Assembly (NCBI GenBank): GCA_964035545.1
Contig: OZ037766.1
Location: 6,190,722-6,254,721, forward strand
Source of the DNA: Bugula neritina
Lineage: Eukaryota; Animalia; Bryozoa
Reading direction: 5' to 3'
Length of the DNA stretch: 64,000 nt
Below are positions 10,962 through 22,334 of the stretch, one piece after another. The notes beneath the pieces were generated by a model that worked only from the letters and a program-made list of their open reading frames with translations, was not told the DNA's origin and did not search any database. How positions within the stretch are numbered: position 1 is the stretch's first letter; the number at the start of each line of letters is the position of its first letter. A program made the position numbers and the translations under genes.

Positions 10962-12420
10962 TCAAATGCATACAGCAAATAAAATCACACAAGTTGTGGT
11001 ATCAATTGAAACTTGTCATGAAATTCATATATGCATATCAGAGAGTGTAATATAACTGCTATATGCACCATGGCCTCTTTTATATCTGATATGGTTTTGT
11101 AACTTTAGCATACTACTTATACAGACCAAGTGTAATGTAGGACAGTTGCAATAGTACCATATATTATAATATATTGCACTGATTGCCACTGACCTATATA
11201 TCATGAGCATGCTAGCCGACTAATATCAGCTGACAACTGATGTATGTGTACACATGGTTGGTGCACCCAGTGCCACTGAAAATAGTATTACCAGCAGCTA
11301 GTTTCAATAATGTCAGAATAGTTAAAGTTTGTTCATAATGAGATGTTTTTGTGGAAATGTGGGTAGTTTTATTACTGTGTTCTAAAAACTGGTAATCTTC
11401 CTAACAAATTAGTAGTTTTCCAAATCTCAGCAGTTGAAGAATTACACATAACTTACAAACGGGTACCTTCATTTGAAAGGTACTATCACTTAATATCCTA
11501 GTGAGTGCTTCAAAAAGCATTTTGTTCCTATTCAATTTACACTAGTTTTAAGCAAAACATGATTAGATTAAAGCTATTGTTATCTAAATGAACTATTTTA
11601 ATCAAAATTTGTTTTGATGAAAAATATGCTACAATGTGAACATACTTTTATTTAATACTCATAATCCATCAGTAAAAGTTTGTCGAATTATTTTGTAGTA
11701 CACTGCTCTTGTGTTATTTCATTTTAACCAAAATAATTATTTAATATAAGATAATAAAATACTAATAACCTTACAAGCATAGTAATGTAACACTGTTGTA
11801 CTTGTTGCTCTAATTATTCAAATAATTTGTTGAATATTTTTTATTTAGGTGACCTGGTTTTGCTGTGTGAAAATCTACAGAAAAAGATTTGCTCTGCTGA
11901 GAATGATAAATTCGATTTGGAAAAGAAATTATCTACAATGGAGTTACATGTAAGTAGAATGTTAGCTAAGCAACATTATATTTGTGTATGCAACATTTCT
12001 AACTATAAATTCAGACAAAACATAATTATAACTGATGAAATGAGTTTAACACACTTATACTCATTGCATGTGTTGTCTTCTACCAAATACCAGGTCAATG
12101 AGTTGCAAGCAAAAATAAAGCTGAAAGGAAAATTTGTGAAGCCAATACTACGAAGGGTCAAATCAGCCTCTTGCACAAGGTAAAGTACTAGCTTGTATTA
12201 GTATTTGTACTATTATGGACATAAAAAACAATGCAATATACTCCAAACTAAAATTTTTGTCTTCTGTCTATATAGGCCTATTGAGTTCAATGTGGAAATG
12301 CTATGCACTGATCATGAGCTACATATAATATACTACATGTATAATCTTCCTTCATTTTCTTGGAAACTCACAGTTTTTTCTACATGTAGGCGAAGAGCTT
12401 TCAGTGACAGTAAAGATTGA
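10178..12420 (+). CDS. TnI: Troponin I-like protein, divergent; exons 10178-10358, 11849-11949, 12094-12179, probable last exon 12390-12420; start exon not located
   Basis: Spliced translation EKKALLKKIIMDKAHEEMHKEA...KEKESHI...LCENLQKKI...ENDKFDLEKK...VNELQAKIKLKGKFVKPILRRV resembles molluscan TnI, including the inhibitory peptide KGKFVKPxLR. Exon phases are consistent. Confidence 0.85.
10915..10960. repeat. (TA)n microsatellite
   Basis: Read directly from the sequence. Confidence 0.95.
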
Positions 12421-13411
12421 TATTCAACATATATTTCGACTTTCTATAGACACACCATAAGCTGCAACATATTCAAATAAAAAAAGGAGAGACTAGTGCC
12501 AATTATTCTATTATAAATATTATTCTTATATTACCAACCATAGTTAGTGTCATTACCACTTACTTAACAGGCTTCATGTAGTTTAAACCGAATGGCAGGT
12601 ATATAATTTTTAGCTAGCAATATGTTATTTTTAAATTTTTATATCTATAAAAGAAATTTATATAAAGTATTATATATTTTTACATGTATATTTTTGTATT
12701 TGTGAATAAATTTGGCATTAGCAATAATCATTTTCTGAAGTTCATGCATTGTCCTAATATTTTGTAGTCATTTGCTTGCTAAATATTATGCATTCATGTC
12801 CATTATACTATTTTGTAATTTACAAGCTTTTGGGTGTATAGAAACATTAAATGTGAAAATGAAGTATGTTAGTAATTATTTATTCATCGACAGCATTAGT
12901 TGTTGAAAATAAAACTACAGATATGGCAAAATAAGTAGAAACGGTTCACACTATACCTTAAAGTAGGAAGTGAAAATTTAAGCAGTGTTAGATGCTATAT
13001 AAAATATAAAAATGTAAAAATAGTTCTAGGGGTAGCTTCAATTTTGCAGAGTCAACGGATAAAATCAATAAAATTATTACATATATATATAAATATGACT
13101 AGTCCTTGTCTATTAAGAAGACACACACCAACATATGGTGTTTCACAGAAATTAAAAGATAAAAAATTAAGCAGACTATTCAAAATAAAAAATGGAGTCA
13201 TACTAACAAAATTATAAACCAATAAGTTAACTGAGCAACAAAAAATTGTAATAAAATCTTTAGAGTTGTTCGAGTGGGAGTTGCGATAACTTGGAATTGT
13301 GTAGGCGCGCACCAATAGGTGCTTATGACTTTATATTAAAACTATAATCTCTACCAGATGTCTAGATATTAAGTAACTTATAACGTACAACTTACAATAC
13401 ATCTTTACACT

Positions 13412-13500
13412 GTGCTGCCCGATTGCAGCAATATGTCGCTATACGGTGCTGCCCGATTGCGGCAATATGTCGCTATACGGTGCTACCCGATTGTGGCAAT
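13412..13500. repeat. 34-bp tandem repeat (~2.6 copies) spanning the TMEM117 stop codon
   Basis: GTGCTGCCCGATTGCAGCAATATGTCGCTATACG units start at 13412, 13446 and 13480. Confidence 0.9.
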
Positions 13501-13946
13501 GGCTGACCATCTTCGCCCTTGACCTCAAATTTCCCAGCTGTTTCTTCGAGTGCAGCTGATTCGGTGTCTAATTTTTTACGCATCAGTTTCATTTTGACTA
13601 TAGTGAACATACTGGTGGTAGGTTTAGCAGTTTTTGGTACTTTAACCATGCGCCCCACATAAGGATTCGATTTGGTCGGCTTTACTCTGCCATAAATTAT
13701 GATGAGTACAACGAAGGCCACAAATGCTGCTAGGGAGGGAATGAAAGCTATGGCCTTCACAGGTAATAAGAATCCAAAGTACTTGGACTCCATTTTAGGA
13801 ATACTGGTATCGCAGTAAGTGGAGTTGTGAGTAGCTGTTACATTCTGAAATGCTTCATCCGTGGGATATGAGTAGATGAATTCTGTAAACGGAAAACAGT
13901 GTGAAATGTAACATATAGTGAGTATACGCCGGTAATATGTGTCAAA

Positions 13947-13981
<35 letters not shown>

Positions 13982-16900
13982 CGTGCGTGTCATTTTACTT
14001 TATTTAGTACACATCAGCAAGTTAGGACCAGAAGTTATAGTCGGCTTAAGATTCATGGAAATTTTAAATATAAGGTGAATTTATGTGCTGATTTCAAACA
14101 TGTATGGTAATATGTGTCAGTGTGTACAAAAGCTAACAACTAGAAATGAAATCCAAAGTCATTTCATAGTTTAAAGTTTAGGATAACTTCGCATATGACT
14201 TTCTTTATCTGAACTTCAATATATACAAGCATGTGTTTAGTAAAATCTCAAATAGAGGTCAAATAACAGCACTTAGAATACACACAAAAGTTCTGGTAGA
14301 AGTTCCTAAATAATACCATATCAAAGATGAGAATTCAAATACGTCCCAAGGAAAGACAACTCTTTAACAATAAAAAATAATAGATGCAGATAATGTAGAA
14401 AGTTGAAATCTTACTTTGCTCATCAACACACTGAGCAAAGTCCTCAGGTGCGTAAAATATCTGGTTTTTCCACATGTTCAGATCCAATATCATAACCAGA
14501 AATATAATTCCATAATTAAACCATTTTCCTGCAAAATAAGAATACAATAAACCAGTATAATACATAACATAACACTGTATAACACACAGTATAGCATTGT
14601 ATAACAGTATAGCGCACAGTATAGCGCACAGTATAGCGCACAGTATAGCGCACAGTATAGCGCACAGTATAACGCACAGTATAGCGCACAGTATAACGCA
14701 CAGTATAGCGCACAGTATAACGCACAGTATAGCGCACAGTATAGCGCACAGTATAGCGCACAGTATAGCGCACAGTATAACGCACAGTATAGCGCACAGT
14801 ATAGCGCACAGTATAGCGCACAGTATAACGCACAGTATAGCGCACAGTATAGCGCACAGTATAGCGCACAGTATAGCGCACAGTATAACGCACAGTATAG
14901 CGCACAGTATAGCGCACAGTATAGCGCACAGTATAGCGCACAGTATAACACACAGTATAACACACAGTATAGCACACAGTATAACACACAGTATAGCACA
15001 CAGTATAACACTATATAACACACCAGTATAACATTGTATAACACACAGTACAGCACACAGTACAGCACACAGTATAACACACAGTATAACACACAGTATA
15101 GCACACAGTACAACACTAGAGACACATAGATAAAGTGTGCTACTAACCTGTAATATGTATAGTAATATTTTCAAATCTTTTTAAACATCTTGGGATATTT
15201 ATTTTCAAGTCAGCAGTATTTAGACCCGGCAGCTTGATGTCAAAATGGTTGATAAAGTGAGGAAAGTCCCAGTCCTATAAATAAACAATCTGTACTCTCT
15301 AATAACTACAGCTATAGCCTACTTATAAATAACAAACATGAGGGTTCAACATCAACTGTATATTGCAACATAAAGCAATACTCTGTCTAAGCACTAATCA
15401 AAGATTTCAATACTTTAACAAATTGTGGGCTGTTGGATTAAAGGATTATAAGAAAAGATAATTATACTACCCATTCCAAGTATCAATACAAATAATAAAT
15501 CAAGTAATCTAGTACATCTTTAGCCTTTTTAGTTTACTTTTAGTTTGCTACAAATTAAAATTATCAGACCAGACTATGATGATCTCAAGAAAACACAGTG
15601 GCATAGGCTTTTCAGCTGTTAGAACAAAACTACTAAATGAGAGTGAAACATTCTTGGCAGAAAAAGAGAAAGTTGCGTAACTTTCTATGCCCCACATACT
15701 GCATAATATATACTACATATTATGTGCTATTCACTACGTGCTATATACTAATCGATGTGTACTATATACTATAGTATACTGTAGTATACTATATACTATA
15801 GTATACCATATATACTATGTATTATATAATATATACAATATACCATGTACAATATAATATATACAGTATACTATTATTGAACACAACTTCAAACATAATG
15901 AAGTCATTGGACAGGTTGTTACCAGCAGGTGTTGCTTAGCAACTCCCACACACAAGATAAACACATGTCATTAATATCAGCTGAAAGAATGAATACTTGT
16001 CAAACAATTTTATAAGCAATGTTTGTTTTACCAGATAAAAAGAATATTTGAATATAAATACTGGATTCATTGAGAGAGCTACGAGCTAGCCGGCAGCAGC
16101 TTGTCAGAAATGAGAAGATAACTCTTTACAGCATAATTTAAGCATCTACTGGGGCTAGAAACTAGATTCCTTATAAGAGAAAAGTTGATATATTTTGCGT
16201 TTTGCACATATGAGTTTAATGAAGTTAAGACAAGCATGTAATCTAATGAACAGACATCTATGTATGCAAAATGATATGGTAGACAAACAGACGAATAACT
16301 TGCCTGCATGACAATGAGAAGATCCATGACGAGAATGAAAGATGCCAAGAACGAGCGAGAGAGCTCATTGGTAGCAAGAAAACTGGCGTTTATGGAGTCC
16401 CACTTGATCCAGTCGGTAGAGATGACCATTATTACTATAACAGTTGCCGCGAGGGCCATGCACCAGAAGAGAATGATACGGTTGTATTTCCTGTTCCACC
16501 ACCGCCTGGCGCCTCGGGCCCACTCTGGATAGAACCTCTCTTGTAGCATCACATCTGTAACCTGTCAAACATGCAGTCCACAGTCTAAATTCTGTATACC
16601 CTGTTCAATGTGTAACCAGCAGAGCATTTCCATACCAATCAGCATCTGACAGCTGTATATAGATACATATATTGTGTCCAGGAATGCAATATGCAATACA
16701 ATATCATTTCAGGACTGATGACATCGGAAACTAAACCCTACTGATAACACCAACAATGCCATCCCATTATCAGAGTGAAAGAGATAATTTACCAGCAACT
16801 TTAAAGCGCAATTGAAAAAAAATTAATAAATTAGTAAAACAGGTGAACAGCCAATATTTCTATTACATACTACATAGGCTGTGTACCATGTTACAAATTG

Positions 16901-19900
16901 AGTGTCAAACAGAATAAAGATATCCAGTGTTAAAGAAGCTCACCATCCATGCTGTGAAAAAGTCCCCTAGCCAAGTGCCACATGCAGCTGCCTTCATGAA
17001 AGTGGAGTTCCTCATATCCATGTAGCCGTTGATCATGTAGGGGGCGAGTTCAGGCCCGCCCAGCAGCAAGAACGCATTGTACAGCCAAGACATCCCAAAC
17101 AGGAAAAGGAGAGACGTTAGGAACATCACCATGAAGGAACCCATATCCTCCTGGAACATCTGCAGTTTCAGCAGTCTCTCTGCAAAATGTACCAAATCAG
17201 CCGTGATTTCTATTTCAGTGAATTAGCCATGGTAGGTAGGGATAGCAGCAGACATAGTAATAGTAGAGGTAGTAGTATATATAGTAATAGTATAGGTAGT
17301 AGTACATATAGTAATAGTATAGGTAGTAGTATATATAGTAACAGTATAGGTAGTAGTATATATAGTAATAGTAGAGGTAGTAATAGATATAGTAATAGTA
17401 GAGGTAGTAGTAGATATAGTAATAGTAGAGGTAGTAGTATATATAGTAACAGTAGAGGTAGTAGTATATATAGTAACAGTAGAGGTAGTAGTATACATAG
17501 TAACAGTAGAGGTAGTAGTAGATATAGTAACAGTAGAGGTAGTAGTATATATAGTAATAGTAGAGGGAGTAGTATATATAGTAATAGTAGAGGTAGTAGT
17601 ATATATAGTAATAGTAGAGGTAGTAGTATATATAGTAATAGTAGAGGTAGTAATAGATATAGTAATAGTAGAGGTAGTAGTAGATATAGTAATAGTAGAG
17701 GTAGTAGTATATATAGTAATAGTAGAGGTAGTAGTATATATAGTAATAGTAGAGGTAGTAATAGATATAGTAATAGTAGAGGGAGTAATAGATATAGTAA
17801 TAGTAGAGGGAGTAGTATATATAGTAATAGTAGAGGTAATAGCATATATAGTAATAGTAGAGGTAGCCGCAGATACAGTAATAGTAAAAATAGCAATATA
17901 TAACAATAGTAAAGGTAGCAGTATATATAGTAACAGTATAGGTAGTAGTATATATAGTAACAGTAGAGGTAGCAGTATATATAGTAATAGTAGAGGTAGT
18001 AGTATATATAGTAATAGTAGAGGGAGTAGTATATATAGTAATAGTAGAGGTAGTAGTATATATAGTAATAGTAGAGGTAGTAGTATATATAGTAATAGTA
18101 GAGGTAGTAATAGATATAGTAATAGTAGAGGTAGTAGTAGATATAGTAATAGTAGAGGTAGTAGTATATATAGTAACAGTAGAGGTAGTAGTATATATAG
18201 TAACAGTAGAGGTAGTAGTATACATAGTAACAGTAGAGGTAGTAGTAGATATAGTAACAGTATAGGTAGTAGTATATATAGTAATAGTAGAGGTAGTAGT
18301 ATATATAGTAATAGTAGAGGTAGTAGTATGTATAGTAACAGTAGAGGTAGTAGTATATATAGTAATAGTAGAGGTAGTAGTATATATAGTAATAGTAGGG
18401 GTAGTAGTATATATAGTAATAGTAGAGGTAGTAATAGATATAGTAATAGTAGAGGGAGTAATAGATATAGTAATAGTAGAGGTAGTAGTATATATAGTAA
18501 TAGTAGAGGTAATAGCATATATAGTAATAGTAGAGGTAGCCGCAGATACAGTAATAGTAAAAATAGCAATATATAACAATAGTAAAGGTAGCAGTATATA
18601 TAGTAACAGTATAGGTAGTAGTATATATAGTAACAGTAGAGGTAGCAGTATATATAGTAATAGTAGAGGTAGTAGTATATATAGTAATAGTAGAGGGAGT
18701 AGTATATATAGTAATAGTAGAGGTAGTAGTATATATAGTAATAGTAGAGGTAGTAGTATATATAGTAATAGTAGAGGTAGTAATAGATATAGTAATAGTA
18801 GAGGTAGTAGTAGATATAGTAATAGTAGAGGTAGTAGTATATATAGTAATAGTAGAGGTAGTAGTATATATAGTAATAGTAGAGGTAGTAATAGATATAG
18901 TAATAGTAGAGGTAGTAGTAGATATAGTAATAGTAGAGGTAGTAGTATATATAGTAACAGTAGAGGTAGTAGTATATATAGTAACAGTAGAGGTAGTAGT
19001 ATACATAGTAACAGTAGAGGTAGTAGTAGATATAGTAACAGTATAGGTAGTAGTATATATAGTAATAGTAGAGGTAGTAGTATATATAGTAATAGTAGAG
19101 GTAGTAGTATGTATAGTAACAGTAGAGGTAGTAGTATATATAGTAATAGTAGAGGTAGTAGTATATATAGTAATAGTAGGGGTAGTAGTATATATAGTAA
19201 TAGTAGAGGTAGTAGTATATATAGTAATAGTAGAGGTAATAGCATATATAGTAATAGTAGAGGTAGCCGCAGATACAGTAATAGTAAAAATAGCAATATA
19301 TAACAATAGTAAAGGTAGCAGTATATATAGTAACAGTATAGGTAGTAGTATATATAGTAACAGTAGAGGTAGCAGTATATATAGTAATAGTAGAGGTAGC
19401 AGTATACATAGTAACAGTAGAGGTAGTAGCATATATAGTAATAGTAGAGGTAGTAGTATATATAGTAATAGTAGGGGTAGTAGTACATATAGTAATAGTA
19501 GAGGTAGTAGTATATATAGTAATAGTAGAGGTAGTAGTATATATAGTAATAGTAGAGGTAGTAATATATATAGTAATAGTAGAGGTAGTAGTATATATAG
19601 TAATAGTAGAGGTAGTAGTATATATAGTAATAGTAGAGGTAGTAATATATATAGTAATAGTAGAGGTAGTAGTATATATAGTAATAGTAGAGGTAGTAGT
19701 ATATCTAGTAATATTAGAGGTAGTAGTAGATATAGTAATAGTAGAGGTAGTAATAGATATAGTAATAGTAGAGGTAGTAGTATATATAGTAACAGTAGAG
19801 GTAGTAATATATATAGTAATAGTAGAGGTAGTAGTATATATAGTAATAGTAGAGGTAGTAGTATATCTAGTAATATTAGAGGTAGTAGTAGAAATAGTGA

Positions 19901-22334
19901 TAGTAGAGGGAGTAATAGATATAGTAATAGCAGAGGTAGTAGTATACATAGTAATAGTAGGGGTAGTAGTATACATAGTAATAGTAGGGGTAGTAGTATA
20001 CATAGTAATAGTAGAGGTAGTAGTATATATAGTAATAGTAGAGGATAACAAGCTATAGCCAACATATTATATCATACTGTAATTACAACTGATAAGTAAT
20101 TCCTCCACTTTGATTACTCTGAGTCATATCACAAGTCATAAATTACATTGTATATTAGTCCTAGCTTGCTATGTTACTATTCAAGTGCTTAATATAAGTG
20201 ATTAGCTTTCTTAGAACCCATCAGCATTGCATGAGTAATTCGCACATACAAGATGGGCCAAAACTTGATATCTGAATACAAACTCCACATATACACAATA
20301 TTGTATATTTATACCAATACCAACTAGAGCCTTCACCATTGTAGCCTGCAGTACTTACTAAGTAATATCCGGTGGACCACCAATTTGCCGACCACTATTC
20401 CCAGAGCAATAGCAATCAGCCACATGATAACTTTGAGAGCGCTGAAGCCATTCGGAGGGTACTTGGTTACTATAAAGGAGTAGATATTGCCTACTACTAT
20501 GACATTGCATTCAGCAGAACTGTGAGCTACCGGGTCCTCGGCGTATATCAAAAAGTTACAGAATGTCACGAGATAAGCTATGGTCAGTCTGGCGTATGGG
20601 TGCTACAAAACAGCAACTCTGTGTCAGCATTATCGAGGAACACCTCATAATAACTGCAGTCTACTTCTGACTAGATAAAGTTAGCTGTGTTTGGTTTCTT
20701 CATATCTTGTTTAAATAGCTTCTGTTAGCTAGCATCACAAGAGAGTTACACTAAGGGATATCACCGAGATGTTACTATCTAATGGTACATGCTTAGACAC
20801 TACAATGTTGGATATCAGAATCTCTTTACAGATAATATGATTTGAGGAAGAGCACTGTGCAAACAGAATAAAGTGGCTGTTAGGCAACCCATGTACAGCA
20901 AACTATTGCTATTTCAATGTTTCTCTCTGCATATAATCTGATTTCTTTGATAACTAAAAAGTAAGATCATCTAAACATGTGTGTCTAATAAAATTATTAT
21001 AATTGATTGAATTAAATAACTTGTTTTCCTATAAAGTAGAGTAGCTTCAAAATGCTCTAATGTCATTAATGGAATAGAGGAGCAGAGAATTACCTGAAAG
21101 AAAAACCGGCCATCTTTCCGCATACGAACACTAAACTGACTCATTTTATCCCAAAAATCAGGTTCATCAAGACCTTCATTATCCTTGGCAGCAGCTGTAC
21201 TGGGATGGAGCAGGTCAGCAGCATTTCCGATGCTCTCCGTAGAATCTCTCCTCACCCTGGCAGCAGCATCCTACAAAGTGCCAAGTCAAAACCGCTGGCT
21301 AATTTTATTCAAACTATTATCTGTTATGAGAATACTTGACAAGCAAATATAAGTAAATCCCAAGAAACATGTGAAGAAGGTGGAAAGACTAAATCTATAT
21401 AAAATATTGCTGAGTTGGTGATGCAGTACAAAATTTAGTGTAGCGACAGGTGAAAAGAAGGAGAGTCAATAATGGGAAAACTTGAGTAGCTAGAGCAGGT
21501 ACGTTCAAGGATGGGTAGACTTGAGGAACAGCAATAACCACCAAGAGGGAGAAAGTAAAAGGAGCAAGGATATAGTAATTTGGACATACAATGAGGGGAG
21601 AAGTGCTTGGGATACAGACTCTAAAACTAGAACAGCCAAGCCAAGAGCAAATTTTCTAAGACTGAGTTACTGCTTATTGTGGAAAGAGCCAATAAAAATG
21701 AAGACATGATAAGATAACTCTTATGACTTTCTATTTGACTTGAAGTTAAACATCTCACTGATGAACTGTGCATACGTACAGCTTGCAGTCAAAATACTAA
21801 TAGATGTTACAATTGTTATGAAATAAAATAGATGTTTAGTAATGAGAAATGTTTATACCTTAAAATTTAACTTTTTAACTGGAGGAACCATTTCATCAGC
21901 CTTCTTTGATGTATCTTCATACTTGTGGTCTAAACTGTCAGCCGGGGCTGTGAGAGAAGTTCGCTCAGTGGCTGGATTAGAATCAGATTCAGATCTGTCA
22001 TAAATAGATTGAATCAACATCAAGATGATACGTGTAAAAAAGCTAGCGCTTATGAAGACAATATAATAACAGATACAAATTCACACACAAGCGTGTAAAA
22101 TAAATGTTTTAAAAAGGTTGTATGTAATATTAAATAGTAATTTCTATATCATATTTATTATCCAGCATTGTTAAAAATTTCAAATAATATGAATGATAGT
22201 CAATTAACGCGTCTGCAAATTCCGTGTGCCTACATTATAACTTTTGGAGCATGAATGGGCTCTGGGGGCAACTCGTTGCCATTAGTATTTTTATACAAGT
22301 CAGCCGGTGCATTGGGAGACACTCGTGTGGGCAT
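13473..22334 (-). CDS. TMEM117: Transmembrane protein 117; exons 22334-22234, 21994-21859, 21270-21094, 20602-20359, 17179-16944, 16561-16304, 15274-15148, 14528-14415, 13882-13473
   Basis: Motifs FFFQHPYARL..AYLVTFCNFLIYAEDPVAHS, FMKAAACGTWLGDFFTAWMVTD, NELSRSFLASFILVMDLLIVMQDWDFPHF and ITGKWFNYGIIFLVMILDLNMWKNQIFY closely match TMEM117. The first two exons are supported only by splice phase. Confidence 0.93.
13949..13990. repeat. (GT)n/(GCGT)n microsatellite
   Basis: Read directly from the sequence. Confidence 0.9.
14570..15117. repeat. 12-bp minisatellite (CACAGTATAGCG / CACAGTATAACG) filling a TMEM117 intron
   Basis: More than 40 units with degenerate edges. Confidence 0.97.
17235..20045. 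repeat. 27-bp minisatellite (AGTAATAGTAGAGGTAGTAGTATATAT) with higher-order repeats, in a TMEM117 intron
   Basis: About 100 units. A variant block (GCCGCAGATACAG...AACAATAGTAAAGG) recurs at 17866, 18539 and 19266. Confidence 0.97.

Noticed and set aside
13412-13500. CRISPR-like 34-bp repeats
   Set aside because: The units are contiguous with no spacers, there are no cas genes, and the context is eukaryotic.
14335-15174. CAIL/YCAL/RYTV/HSIA repeat ORFs
   Set aside because: They are translations of the 12-bp intronic array.
16710-16745. CTGATGA...GAAA resembling a hammerhead ribozyme core or C/D box
   Set aside because: No pairing for stems I-III was found, and it is too short for a snoRNA.
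17187-20065. ORFs of 750-950 aa (poly-L/Y/T) and SNSRGSS-repeat ORFs
   Set aside because: They are translations of the 27-bp minisatellite inside a TMEM117 intron. All frames are open because of base composition.
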